Of a stretch of 64,000 bases of DNA, positions 20,727 through 30,544 are shown piece after piece. The stretch is from NCBI GenBank assembly GCA_964535935.1, contig CAZHWM010000025.1:6159-70158 (forward strand), in the 5' to 3' direction. The notes beneath the pieces were generated by a model. The model did not search any database and was not told the origin of the DNA. It saw only the letters and a list, made by a program, of their open reading frames with translations. The stretch comes from an uncultured Planctomycetales bacterium (GTDB lineage Bacteria > Omnitrophota > Gorgyraeia > Zapsychrales > Zapsychraceae). How positions within the stretch are numbered: position 1 is the stretch's first letter; each line of letters begins with the position of its first letter. Both the position numbers and the translations under genes were made by a program.

Positions 20727-21740
20727 TTATCTTTTTCTTAATAAAATCCTTCCATAGGAACTTAGTAGATTCGTCTGTAAGAACTCCTGAAATGCATCTC
20801 TTACATTTCTATCTTTAGACTCTATAATACTTCTTATAAACCTTGATATCTTGATATCAGGATTATGCTGAATAGCATTTAAAACAATATCTACATCCAA
20901 AATCCCTGGAGTACTAAACTCCAGACAATCAAAATTAAACCTATCTGCAATTATCTTGATTGCCTCCATTGAAAATACATTTAGCCTATCTGGTGGATAC
21001 AGATTTTCCGCATGTTCCCAAAGCTCCAATATATCAAAACCTGATGACAAAATAGCAGTAATAAAACAAAGCCCATCTTGTTTTAACATACGAGTTATCT
21101 TTGCAAAAAAAGCATCAATATCCGAGACATGCCCCAACACATCAAACAGACTGACAACATCTACCTCATTATCAATCTGACCATTAGCAAGATCTTTATC
21201 AAATAAAACAAAAATGTTATCTTTCTCAAATGAAGATTGCCTTACATACGGAGAAAAAAGGGTCTTTCTTGCAAATAAATCTGTCTTTGCTATCTCATCA
21301 ATATACCCATAATGACTGGTATTAACATCTACCCAATGCCTTGCTCCTGGCAAATATTCTATAGTAGAATCGATTACCCAATCAACCCTTGGCTTTATAA
21401 TCTTTTCTTTACGCTTTTTATCTGTTGAAGTGGATAATTTCTCCTGCCAAAACTTCCGGGCTGAGGAATTAAGATAATAATCATTCAATACTGAATCATC
21501 AGGCCTAGGAGATATATAAAGTGTCTTACAATGCATACATTCTTTATACTGCATCCCGAATCGTGAAAAGGCGAATTGTGTCAATTGCGAATTACATGCA
21601 GGACAAGGGATATCCCGCAACTCATTGTTCGCCAAAAATTTACCAATATCCTTTCTAGTAAGGCTTATATATTCCTCTAATAAATCAGCAGGTTTAAAAT
21701 CCAGCTCATTAAACTCGTCAAAAACAACAATGTTTTTCAT
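20727..21740 (-). CDS. Methyltransferase-like protein with N-terminal Cys4 zinc ribbon (tentative)
   Basis: 337 aa. Has CPACNS...CMHCKT. VDVVSLFDVLGHVSDIDAFFAKITRMLKQDGLCFIT resembles class I MTase motifs II-III. The GxGxG SAM motif is not obvious. Confidence 0.5.
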   Translation of the reverse strand: MKNIVVFDEFNELDFKPADLLEEYISLTRKDIGKFLANNELRDIPCPACNSQLTQFAFSRFGMQYKECMHCKTLYISPRPDDSVLNDYYLNSSARKFWQEKLSTSTDKKRKEKIIKPRVDWVIDSTIEYLPGARHWVDVNTSHYGYIDEIAKTDLFARKTLFSPYVRQSSFEKDNIFVLFDKDLANGQIDNEVDVVSLFDVLGHVSDIDAFFAKITRMLKQDGLCFITAILSSGFDILELWEHAENLYPPDRLNVFSMEAIKIIADRFNFDCLEFSTPGILDVDIVLNAIQHNPDIKISRFIRSIIESKDRNVRDAFQEFLQTNLLSSYGRILLRKR

Positions 21741-22767
21741 CTCCCACCTCTTCTGTTATCCCTCCTTCTGCATCATTATATGCCTGTTCGATAATCTCCA
21801 TTACCCTTAAGGCATCAAAAGAACTGCTCATAGTAACAGGCTTATCCTCTCTTATACATCTTACAAACTCCGACACCTCTAACTCCCAAGACCTGTCTTT
21901 ATCAAAGTATGTAATCTGCTCTGATGGATTTCCTAGTGCCTCTGCCTCATCTTCAAACTGCCGTTTGCCTACCACCAGCCTTTCTCTTCCATAACTGCCT
22001 GTCTTAGAAAGCAACCCCTCTATAACCATATAGCCTTCTTCCAAAATAATATCCAAACGAAATGTATGCTTCCATAATGTAGCTGACGAATGCAGGCTTG
22101 CCATTTGGCCATCACTATTGCGTAGTATTACAAATGCATTATCTTCTATATCAAATTTCCAAAATAAATTATTTTTAAAACACTTAACATCCTGAAAATC
22201 ACTGCAAAAGTACCTGAATAAATCAAGCATATGCACCCCTTGATCAAGGAGTATCCCCCCACCTGAAACCTCTTTTTTGTTTCTCCATGATTTATGGAAG
22301 CCAGAACCACCTGATTTTCCATAAACTCCTCGCAAAGCAATAATCTTTCCTAGACGGCCACTGTCAACTATAAGTTTTGCCTTAATTATCCCGGGATGAT
22401 AACGATGGTTAAAACCAAACATCAATTTAACACCGTCTTTTTCATGCTGGCGCATATATTTTATATCATCCACGTTTCTACCAGGGGGCTTCTCGCAAAA
22501 TACATGTTTACCTGCATCCATTGCCTTAACAGATATCTCAGGTGAAAAACAATTTGGAGTGCATACAAATACTATGTCGATATCCTTATCCAGCATATCT
22601 TCAAAACAAGAAAATACCTCAACATCCTGTAATCTATCACGAACACTCTTATCTATATCACATACTCCCACCAAGCGCAATCCTTCAACAGAGTCTACAA
22701 TCCGTTTACGGATCTCTCCCATATATCCAAAACCAACTATACCGCAATTTAATATTTTATCCATCAA
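21718..22767 (-). CDS. Gfo/Idh/MocA family NAD(P)-dependent sugar oxidoreductase
   Basis: 349 aa. LNCGIVGFGYMG, VFVCTPN, CEKP and FGFNHRYHP. Confidence 0.86.
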   Translation of the reverse strand: MMDKILNCGIVGFGYMGEIRKRIVDSVEGLRLVGVCDIDKSVRDRLQDVEVFSCFEDMLDKDIDIVFVCTPNCFSPEISVKAMDAGKHVFCEKPPGRNVDDIKYMRQHEKDGVKLMFGFNHRYHPGIIKAKLIVDSGRLGKIIALRGVYGKSGGSGFHKSWRNKKEVSGGGILLDQGVHMLDLFRYFCSDFQDVKCFKNNLFWKFDIEDNAFVILRNSDGQMASLHSSATLWKHTFRLDIILEEGYMVIEGLLSKTGSYGRERLVVGKRQFEDEAEALGNPSEQITYFDKDRSWELEVSEFVRCIREDKPVTMSSSFDALRVMEIIEQAYNDAEGGITEEVGDEKHCCF

Positions 22768-24081
22768 TCACTCCAATGCCCATTGATAAAAAGGTACAAT
22801 ATCTATCATAAATCCTTCTTCATCAATCGTTTTGCTATCTCCCTCGGCAACAACAATCATAGCCTCTTTAAGCCCAAAATACCTCATAGCCTCCATCAGA
22901 GAAGATACCTCTCTTAAAAACGTCTGTTTTTCTGTTATATTATAACAAACATTTATCAATTGTCTTATTTTATGTCCTTCTTTTATAACGAAATCTACCT
23001 CTTTCCTTTCGTGAAAATAATAAATCTCTCTTTTCTGTCTTCTCAAATGATGAAACACTGCGTTCTCTAACAGTTTTCCTTTATCATTTGAAAATTTAAA
23101 CGCTATAGCATTATGCATACCATTATCTATAAAATATAGCTTACGATCCGTCCGCATCTGATCTTTAAGTGAATATGAAAACCGCACAAGAAAATCAATC
23201 AAAAAGGCATCGGACAGATAATGGGAAAATCTATGAACAGTATCCAAAGACAAAGAAAAATCTACCACTTTTTTCACTTTATTAAAAGTATATTTAGATG
23301 TAAAATTTGTTCCATAAAATAATGCCAAATCCTGCAATTTCCCCGACTCTTTTATTTTATATCTATTAACAATATCTTTAGTTAAGATATCATTGAAATA
23401 CTGCGACAATAATTCCTTACGCAATAATTCATCCTGTGTAAGGACAACCTTGGGAAACCCCCCTATTTGAAGATATTTTACAGCAAACTCCTCCAATATA
23501 TGTCTATTCTTCACCATCCAAAACCTGTCAGAGGATATCTCCATGCCATTAAAAATCAAAAATTCCCTAAACGAAAGAGGGCTAATAAATACCTCCAAAT
23601 GCCTGCCGGTAAGCACAGATGCAAACTCCGATCCTAAGAGTCCGGCATTTGAACCTGTTACAAATATCTTTACAGCCTCTTTTCTATCATATTTCGCCCT
23701 TACCCAATGCTCCCATCCTGATATCTTCTGTACCTCATCCAATACCAAATACACCTTACCCTTAGGCTGCAAATAATCAAGATAAGCATTCCATATATTA
23801 TCCAATAATTCTATATTCAAAGAGCTATAAAACTTAGGATCTTCAAAATTAACATAAATAGTATTAACCTTTGGTACTCCCTGCCTAATTAACTCAGACA
23901 AAACCTGCAAGGATATCGTACTCTTACCCGAACGCCTAACACCTGTTAATGCTACAATCTCATCTGTCTTGAGATACCGTTGTATACAATCTAAATAATC
24001 ATGGCGTAGAATACCTGTATCTATACTACGCTCCCAAAAATTCCATAAAAGAAGGGTTGCTATGATCTCATCTTTTTGCAT
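22768..24081 (-). CDS. AAA-family ATPase with DUF4143-type C-terminal domain
   Basis: LTGVRRSGKSTISLQ is Walker A and YLVLDEVQ is Walker B. The C-terminal region is typical of AAA_14/DUF4143 proteins. The track start is GTG 24090. ATG 24081 is preceded by GGTGGA. Confidence 0.84.
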   Translation of the reverse strand: MQKDEIIATLLLWNFWERSIDTGILRHDYLDCIQRYLKTDEIVALTGVRRSGKSTISLQVLSELIRQGVPKVNTIYVNFEDPKFYSSLNIELLDNIWNAYLDYLQPKGKVYLVLDEVQKISGWEHWVRAKYDRKEAVKIFVTGSNAGLLGSEFASVLTGRHLEVFISPLSFREFLIFNGMEISSDRFWMVKNRHILEEFAVKYLQIGGFPKVVLTQDELLRKELLSQYFNDILTKDIVNRYKIKESGKLQDLALFYGTNFTSKYTFNKVKKVVDFSLSLDTVHRFSHYLSDAFLIDFLVRFSYSLKDQMRTDRKLYFIDNGMHNAIAFKFSNDKGKLLENAVFHHLRRQKREIYYFHERKEVDFVIKEGHKIRQLINVCYNITEKQTFLREVSSLMEAMRYFGLKEAMIVVAEGDSKTIDEEGFMIDIVPFYQWALE

Positions 24082-24090
24082 TTTATCCAC

Positions 24091-24149
24091 CTATTATTAT
24101 CCGATACATCGGACAATAATAGCCTATATTATCCGATACACTTTGTCAA
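24091..24149 (-). promoter_or_regulatory. Putative promoter/operator of the ATPase gene: TTGACA hexamer, a 14-bp direct repeat and a 32-bp inverted repeat
   Basis: Minus strand reads TTGACA (24149-24144), then TGTATCGGATAATA (24140-24127), and the same 14-mer again at 24108-24095. 24091-24122 is a near-perfect inverted repeat (ctattattatccgata/c/atcggacaataatag). Confidence 0.35.
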
Positions 24150-24195
24150 CAAAAACCATATAAATTATACAAATAAATACTTTTAATTTACTTTA

Positions 24196-26013
24196 CTAAA
24201 ACAGAGACAATGTTTCGTCATTAACAGGATAAAAATACCTGCGTATATACTGTTTGGCCTTTTGCTGTTGATATATAAAGTCTTTATCTTCAATACGATA
24301 AATCTCTTTAATAACATTATCAAGGTCATCATAGGCAGTCACGCTCCATTTCAAATAACTGCATTCAAACAATGGGTCATAACTCAATATAGAACCAATA
24401 TCATAATGTATTACAGGCCTTCCCATACTTAAGGACTCAATAACAACAGTGCTCCCCCAGTAGATAACAACATCCGCCCATTTTATATCTTCTTTCAAAG
24501 ACCTTTTCTCCGAAAGAATAAAATTAGAAATATTGTCTATATTTATATTATAATGACGACTAAAGTATTCCCAACCAAGCACAGGGTGCGTGCGTATCAT
24601 AACCTCATAGCTATCCTTACCTGCCAGCTGTGATATAACATATTTTACCATCGCACCTGCAGCAGGTACCCCCTCTAATGCTACTAATATCTTCCCCTCT
24701 TTCTTTCTTGATAAAGATAAATTTATTTTAAAAAGATACTCATGCCTAAGAGCACATGCAACCTTAATCATACCTTTATGATAACTACCATATCTTTCCA
24801 TTATCTGTTTTGGAATCTCACCAACAGTAAATATCCTGTCCGGCATAGGAGAAAGCTCTCTCTCTCTACTATCCGGGAACATATTCAACGAGGCCTGTGG
24901 GACTACGGTATGCTGAAACCCTATAATATCTGTAGCAGAACTACTCTCTTTAACTGAAGAAACACACATCCTCTCCCATGGATTATTCTCATAAGTATAT
25001 AAAAAAGTCTTTGCCTGCACACAGGCAAACAGCCTTTTTACTGCACAGTAATGAAGCAATTGATATAACTGTACACCATTAAAGGTCCTTTTCAGTTCAT
25101 TATTTATAATATCAAATACATCCTTTCCATAAAATAATATATCTTTCGGTAGCTTTATTTTAAAAAATAATATCTGTTTTACTGCGGTCAATATATCAAA
25201 AAAAGATATAAAACAATCTATCGGTATAATAAAATAAGTACTGTTCCTTATCTTATGGATACAGTGACGATAACCTCCCAGTATGTTAGCTAGGATAATC
25301 ACATCATCCCGGGCATTCAAAAAATCCACAAGTCTGCCAAAAAATATATCATAATAACTGTTATTCTCACCAAAAGAATGATTATAAATAAAACTCTTAA
25401 CTATATAATAGGGCTTATCAGTAACAAGCCTTTTATGAATAATCCTACCCAATCGCAGCCTTGCATAAACCGAACGTATATAAATAACTCCTGCATGATA
25501 AAATAGACCGAGTATCTTTTTTATTCTGGCAAAGACAATCCTAAAATTATTTACAAAATCTCTGCTGATAAATTCACACTTAACACCATAAAATGAAATC
25601 GCTTTATTTAATGATTGCAATATAAGATAAGAAGGGCTGAAAATAACGAGGTTGTCTATATCATCCTGCCTTAGCATATACAAAATAGTAATAAACTGAT
25701 GAATTAACGACGGAAGAGTTGAAGTAAATCTATTCTTTGATGCAATATCTGTTGCCCACCATAGACGGCTATTATTTTCCTTTGATAATGAGCCAATAAG
25801 AGTTATATATTCAGCTAAAAATCTTTCCCTTTGTTCTGAAGATGGCCTTGCAGGGCAGATCAAATCCATATTATAATCTCTAATCAATCTCTGTAGTTGT
25901 TCAGATATATCTGTAAATGCAAGAAATTTATTCCTGCAAGAAGTATTAAGCAATCCTCTTTTAAACAGGCCTACCATCTCCCGTGTATTATAAACGACAT
26001 AAATTGCTTTCAT
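24196..26013 (-). CDS. Uncharacterised large protein, possible GT-B-like surface-carbohydrate biosynthesis enzyme
   Basis: 605 aa. The long intact ORF is tightly packed in the operon. The C-terminal WADVVIYWGSTVVIESLSMGRPVIHYD resembles the nucleotide-sugar-binding end of GT-B, capsule (KpsS/KpsC) or TagF-type enzymes. No firm family assignment. Confidence 0.4.
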   Translation of the reverse strand: MKAIYVVYNTREMVGLFKRGLLNTSCRNKFLAFTDISEQLQRLIRDYNMDLICPARPSSEQRERFLAEYITLIGSLSKENNSRLWWATDIASKNRFTSTLPSLIHQFITILYMLRQDDIDNLVIFSPSYLILQSLNKAISFYGVKCEFISRDFVNNFRIVFARIKKILGLFYHAGVIYIRSVYARLRLGRIIHKRLVTDKPYYIVKSFIYNHSFGENNSYYDIFFGRLVDFLNARDDVIILANILGGYRHCIHKIRNSTYFIIPIDCFISFFDILTAVKQILFFKIKLPKDILFYGKDVFDIINNELKRTFNGVQLYQLLHYCAVKRLFACVQAKTFLYTYENNPWERMCVSSVKESSSATDIIGFQHTVVPQASLNMFPDSRERELSPMPDRIFTVGEIPKQIMERYGSYHKGMIKVACALRHEYLFKINLSLSRKKEGKILVALEGVPAAGAMVKYVISQLAGKDSYEVMIRTHPVLGWEYFSRHYNINIDNISNFILSEKRSLKEDIKWADVVIYWGSTVVIESLSMGRPVIHYDIGSILSYDPLFECSYLKWSVTAYDDLDNVIKEIYRIEDKDFIYQQQKAKQYIRRYFYPVNDETLSLF

Positions 26014-26016
26014 AGA

Positions 26017-26712
26017 TTATAATAATCCCTCTTCTGCAAAACTAAAATAATCATTATCTGCAATGATTATATGGTCAAGAACATTTATATGCAGAATCTT
26101 ACCTGCAACGGTCAAATCTTTCGTAAATTTTTTATCTTCTGCACTAGGCAATTTGACTGCACTTGGATGATTATGGGCACATATAATCGATACAGCATAC
26201 CTCTGAAGCGCTGAATGCATTATCTCTCTTATTATCGGCGTGGCAAAATTAACTGTACCTGTGGCTGCATCAGCAATATCAATAATCTTATTATCACTAT
26301 CAAGAAAAACGACCTTAAAAACCTCTTTCTTTAAATCGCGCATCTGGGGCATTAATATCTCCACAACATCTCTAACAGATTTTATTTTATATCTATTCTC
26401 GCGAAGCTCATCCTCCCTAAACCTTCTGCCTATCTCCAAAGCAGCCTTTATCTGAGCAACCTTGGCCTTACCAAGCCCTTTAAACTCATCCCAATCCCTT
26501 AAATCTGTTTGCATCATATTTCTAAATGTCTTGAACTTAACAAGTATACTCCTGGCTAGATCTATAGCACTACAACCACAGGCGCCTGTCCGTAACAAAA
26601 TAGCTAACAATTCAGAATTACTAAGGGTATCTGCCCCTCTTTTCAATAACTTCTCTCTTGGTCTATCTTCAACAGGCCAAGACTTGATTGCGGATGTATA
26701 TTTACTTTTCAT
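26017..26712 (-). CDS. radC: RadC-like JAB/JAMM domain protein (UPF0758)
   Basis: 231 aa. IKSWPVEDRPREKLLKRGADTLSNSELLAILLRTG (HhH region) and an intact JAMM motif, HNHPSAVKLPSAED (HxHx7SxxD). Confidence 0.88.
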   Translation of the reverse strand: MKSKYTSAIKSWPVEDRPREKLLKRGADTLSNSELLAILLRTGACGCSAIDLARSILVKFKTFRNMMQTDLRDWDEFKGLGKAKVAQIKAALEIGRRFREDELRENRYKIKSVRDVVEILMPQMRDLKKEVFKVVFLDSDNKIIDIADAATGTVNFATPIIREIMHSALQRYAVSIICAHNHPSAVKLPSAEDKKFTKDLTVAGKILHINVLDHIIIADNDYFSFAEEGLL

Positions 26713-26718
26713 AATCTA

Positions 26719-28827
26719 TTAATCTATATTTGTTAATTCAAAAATCTTATCCTTCCCCCATTTTTCAGAATAACATTGGGCAGCATCTGCTAAAACCTTA
26801 TCTTTTGGCAATCCTTTCTTAAGGCCTTCTATAATCCAAAAAAGATATGTCCCCATTCTCTCTGCTGCCTTACCATCACGGAACGGATCAAGTTCATCTA
26901 TTAATTCAGACCAATCGCCAAACCCCTTGATACTCCCAGGCTGTCTCCAATGTTGCTGGCATGCCTCCCATAAACTATCCCAATCATGAAATACCACCCT
27001 TCCCTTACCCAACCTGTTCAATATCCCTCTAGGCCATCCTTCTCTGTCTAATAAAAGCGTAGGAGTTCCAGTAAGTGCTGACTCAACTCCTGCACTCCCA
27101 CTGCATAAATGCCCGTGTACAGCAATATCAGAAGCCAATGCTGCAACAGATGGAGGATATACCCCCTGTATAGTCCCTCCTGAAAACATATAACAACGTC
27201 CTGTAGTGATGGCCTTATCAAGCAACTCAGCAACACCTCCCAACCTATCACGCAATGTCCTTGGAACCTTTGGTTTTAATATAAGACCAAAGTCCTTATC
27301 ATCAATAACCTTCTGCAAAAGGAAAGCATAATTATGCCTCATAAACTCATGGCCTGTATGCCAGCGAGGATCAGGCATAGAATTCTCATCAAAAAAAGAA
27401 ATAATCCTTGTGGCCCCGTTTTCCAATAACTGCTGACGCAGCTTATCCGCGATATGTTTAACAAACCTAAACCTAAAATCACCTATATAACCTGTTATCA
27501 CATAATAATTAACAAAAGAACCTGATGCAATCTCTGCATCCATACTTATTTTTGAGAAACCAAAAGCCAAATCACAACCAAGAGTAAGTTCAGGTGAAGG
27601 AAATTCCTCAAATGAACGCTGATAAATAACAGAAACGCCTCCTACCTGTCTTAACGCCTCTGAGATAACACAATGACGACTCCCACAATTAAACCAGGAA
27701 ACAAACACTCGTGTATTTGTCTTTAAAAAAAATTCTCTCCAATAATCAACATCCCTATAAAAAGTTACGATCTGTTTACGTAGCCATCTTGAATTGTTAC
27801 CATATTTTGTATATTCATCATACTCTTCCCGTAGATTCTTATTCCCCATGTAAATAAAAACAGGGACCTCTCTTACCTTTGACGCCTTAGGATTAAGCAC
27901 TACAACAGGTATCTTATGTCTCTTTAATTCATCCAACCCCTCCAAATCTAACGGTGAGGCAGGCAGGTTAAAAGACACAATAACATCCCTATTACAAAGA
28001 CGTGAATTTTGTAAAAAAAACAGGTCTGAAAAGAATTCAGGTCTATCTAAATTAAGATGACCATAGTATTCTGCCATAACCTTAGGACTACTTTTATCTC
28101 CAAAACAAATAGAGGTAAATCTGCTCTCCTTTACACGGCAATACTGAGACACCAACCCTTTTATTCCATACAACAGATAAATATAATACCATGCACGTAG
28201 CCTATGTTCCCCTACTAAAGATGCAACAAAATTTCTGATATTGACTCTATGGAAAAAAGAAAAGATAACCCTTACATCATACTTTGCAGCATATGAAACA
28301 AGCTCCTTTCTCCACAACCTTTTATCTGCAAAAAATATCTTCTCTGCAGTTTTTCCAAAAACCTTCTTTTCCGCCCAACATGCTACATGAACAAGAAATA
28401 TCATCCTCCAAACAGTACCAGCACTATCCCACGTGAACGCCACAGCCTGCTTTTTTAAATATATCTTCAAAAAAGGATTGTCAACAGCTATAGCTTGTAA
28501 CAACGGCTTAAACTCAGACCTATCCAAAATATCTTCCTGCACTTCAATTAAATCCTCTCCTGCAATTCGCAGCCTTATCAATCTACCAACATCATCACGA
28601 ATATCCACCAACCTAAATGAAAGCAATCTTATTTCAAGGTTTATAAGGCTTCCCATAACACGAGTAAAAAAAAGGCCAATAGATGTGGTATCAATATAAT
28701 AGAGGACATCTTTTCTAAAAAAACCAGCTTTAAATTTTAAGATTAAAATATGAGGGAAAATACAGGATATCCATATAGGGAAGGTCAAACGTTCTACAAA
28801 AAATAAAAAAGGCTTCTTGTCTCCCAT
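26719..28827 (-). CDS. Uncharacterised large protein, possible GT-B-like polysaccharide biosynthesis enzyme
   Basis: 702 aa. The C-terminal DIAVHGHLCSGSAGVESALTGTPTLLLD resembles GT-B or capsule-synthesis C-terminal motifs. Otherwise no recognisable family. Confidence 0.4.
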   Translation of the reverse strand: MGDKKPFLFFVERLTFPIWISCIFPHILILKFKAGFFRKDVLYYIDTTSIGLFFTRVMGSLINLEIRLLSFRLVDIRDDVGRLIRLRIAGEDLIEVQEDILDRSEFKPLLQAIAVDNPFLKIYLKKQAVAFTWDSAGTVWRMIFLVHVACWAEKKVFGKTAEKIFFADKRLWRKELVSYAAKYDVRVIFSFFHRVNIRNFVASLVGEHRLRAWYYIYLLYGIKGLVSQYCRVKESRFTSICFGDKSSPKVMAEYYGHLNLDRPEFFSDLFFLQNSRLCNRDVIVSFNLPASPLDLEGLDELKRHKIPVVVLNPKASKVREVPVFIYMGNKNLREEYDEYTKYGNNSRWLRKQIVTFYRDVDYWREFFLKTNTRVFVSWFNCGSRHCVISEALRQVGGVSVIYQRSFEEFPSPELTLGCDLAFGFSKISMDAEIASGSFVNYYVITGYIGDFRFRFVKHIADKLRQQLLENGATRIISFFDENSMPDPRWHTGHEFMRHNYAFLLQKVIDDKDFGLILKPKVPRTLRDRLGGVAELLDKAITTGRCYMFSGGTIQGVYPPSVAALASDIAVHGHLCSGSAGVESALTGTPTLLLDREGWPRGILNRLGKGRVVFHDWDSLWEACQQHWRQPGSIKGFGDWSELIDELDPFRDGKAAERMGTYLFWIIEGLKKGLPKDKVLADAAQCYSEKWGKDKIFELTNID

Positions 28828-28856
28828 CTTACTACTTTCATTGCAAAAAATAAATC

Positions 28857-29612
28857 CTATTCTGTACTCAACCGTGCCAATGCACCACCATCTGCTATAA
28901 GAACCTGCCCTGTAACAAACGAAGAACTGTCATTATCTGCCAAAAAATATATTACCTTAGCTATCTCTTCTGGGGTCCCCACTCTTCCAATAATATGTTT
29001 TTTACCTATACTTACCAACTGTTCAGATATACTATCCCCACATATACCAGTCCGCCTTAATCCCTCCTCAAGCATTGGTGTATTTACCGCACCTGGAACA
29101 ACTGCATTAACTCGCACCCCTACAGTGCCGAACTCAATAGCCATATTCCTTGTCAATGCTATCAAACCAGCCTTGCTGGCAGCATAAGAAGATATATCTT
29201 TAGATGATGCATATGCATGGACAGAAGATACATTGACAATACTTCCCTTAGCCCGTGCCAAAAGCCTAAATAAGCCCTTGGCAAGCAGAAACGGTGCCTC
29301 AAGGTTTACAGCAAATACAGACCGCCATTCTTCTAACTCCATATCCAACAAGGACTTACATACCTGATAAGCTGCATTGTTAACCAATATATCAAGTCTC
29401 TGATGAGAAGAGGAAATTGTAGAAATCAAATCTTCTATCTCTTCTCTCTTAGAAAGGTCTACTGAATAATATGCAGACATACATTCAGGAGCAGTCATCT
29501 TTCTTCGCCCAACGCCAATTACCTTCCACCCATTCCTAAAAAAGACATCGCATGTCTTATATCCTATCCCACTTGAAGCACCTGTTATAATAACAACTCT
29601 CTCAGTACTCAT
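28857..29612 (-). CDS. Short-chain dehydrogenase/reductase
   Basis: 251 aa. ITGASSGIG, NNAA and YAASK (Y-x3-K). Confidence 0.88.
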   Translation of the reverse strand: MSTERVVIITGASSGIGYKTCDVFFRNGWKVIGVGRRKMTAPECMSAYYSVDLSKREEIEDLISTISSSHQRLDILVNNAAYQVCKSLLDMELEEWRSVFAVNLEAPFLLAKGLFRLLARAKGSIVNVSSVHAYASSKDISSYAASKAGLIALTRNMAIEFGTVGVRVNAVVPGAVNTPMLEEGLRRTGICGDSISEQLVSIGKKHIIGRVGTPEEIAKVIYFLADNDSSSFVTGQVLIADGGALARLSTE

Positions 29613-30544
29613 TTTCCCAATCCCTCCAAAAGGTTTTTAACAGTATTCTCATGTACCCTCTCCCATGCGGACGGACTACTATTGGAATTATGCGGAGCAA
29701 GAAGCACATTATCCATCTTCAACAAAGGACTGTCTGAAGGCAACGGCTCTCGTTCAAACACATCCAGACCTACGCCTGCGACTATACCCTGATTAAGTGC
29801 TTCAACAAGATCCATTTCCTTTACTATAGCCCCCCTTGCAGTATTTATAATAAAAGGCCTCTTTTTCATCTGCTTTAAAGCGACCTTATCAATAAGATGA
29901 AAGCTATACTCATTCAAATCACAATTAAGACTAATAAAATCAGACTCTTTATAAAGATATTCCTTCTCAACCATCTCTACACCATAATAGGAAACGAAAC
30001 CTTTATCTATTTCTTTTATATCATTACCCAACAGACGCATACCAAAGGCTGATGCCTTTCTTGCCACTGCTTTACCAATATTCCCCATTCCTATAATACC
30101 TAATGTTGCCTCTTTCAAAGATATCCCTGGGATCTTCTCCCATACACCTGACTTCATTGCCTTGTCCATCCATGGAATCTTGCGGGCAAAACATAATATA
30201 TAACACATCACTGAATCAGAGACTGGTTCGGTAAAAGCATTAGGTGTGTTTTTTACATCGATATTAAATCTGGCACACGCATCTCTATCAATAGAATCTA
30301 TCCCCGTGCCCCATTTAGATATAACCTTAAGTCTCTTAGCTACAGCTAATACTTTTTCTGTAAAACGATCATCCCCACATATCACCCCATCTATATCAGA
30401 TATAACATCTAATAACTCTTTCTCACTAAGACGTTCATTCACGTCAGCAACAACCACCTCAATATCATTCTCCTCAAAAATCTCCCTATACCTATCCACT
30501 ACAGGGATAAAATAAGGCGCTGATATTAATACCTTTTTTTTCAT
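29609..30544 (-). CDS. D-isomer-specific 2-hydroxyacid dehydrogenase (phosphoglycerate dehydrogenase-like)
   Basis: 311 aa. LGIIGMGNIGKAVA, INTARG and LAPHNS. Paralogous in type to 14444-15385. Confidence 0.86.
   Translation of the reverse strand: MKKKVLISAPYFIPVVDRYREIFEENDIEVVVADVNERLSEKELLDVISDIDGVICGDDRFTEKVLAVAKRLKVISKWGTGIDSIDRDACARFNIDVKNTPNAFTEPVSDSVMCYILCFARKIPWMDKAMKSGVWEKIPGISLKEATLGIIGMGNIGKAVARKASAFGMRLLGNDIKEIDKGFVSYYGVEMVEKEYLYKESDFISLNCDLNEYSFHLIDKVALKQMKKRPFIINTARGAIVKEMDLVEALNQGIVAGVGLDVFEREPLPSDSPLLKMDNVLLAPHNSNSSPSAWERVHENTVKNLLEGLGK

Noticed and set aside
22768-28827. Reading the AAA-ATPase (DUF4143), RadC and the two large unknown proteins as an anti-phage defence island
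   Set aside because: No nuclease, reverse transcriptase, methyltransferase, SIR2/TIR or other effector-type motif could be recognised. The genes are translationally packed into the sugar operon, and the large proteins show GT-B-like C-termini. Defence remains possible but unsupported.
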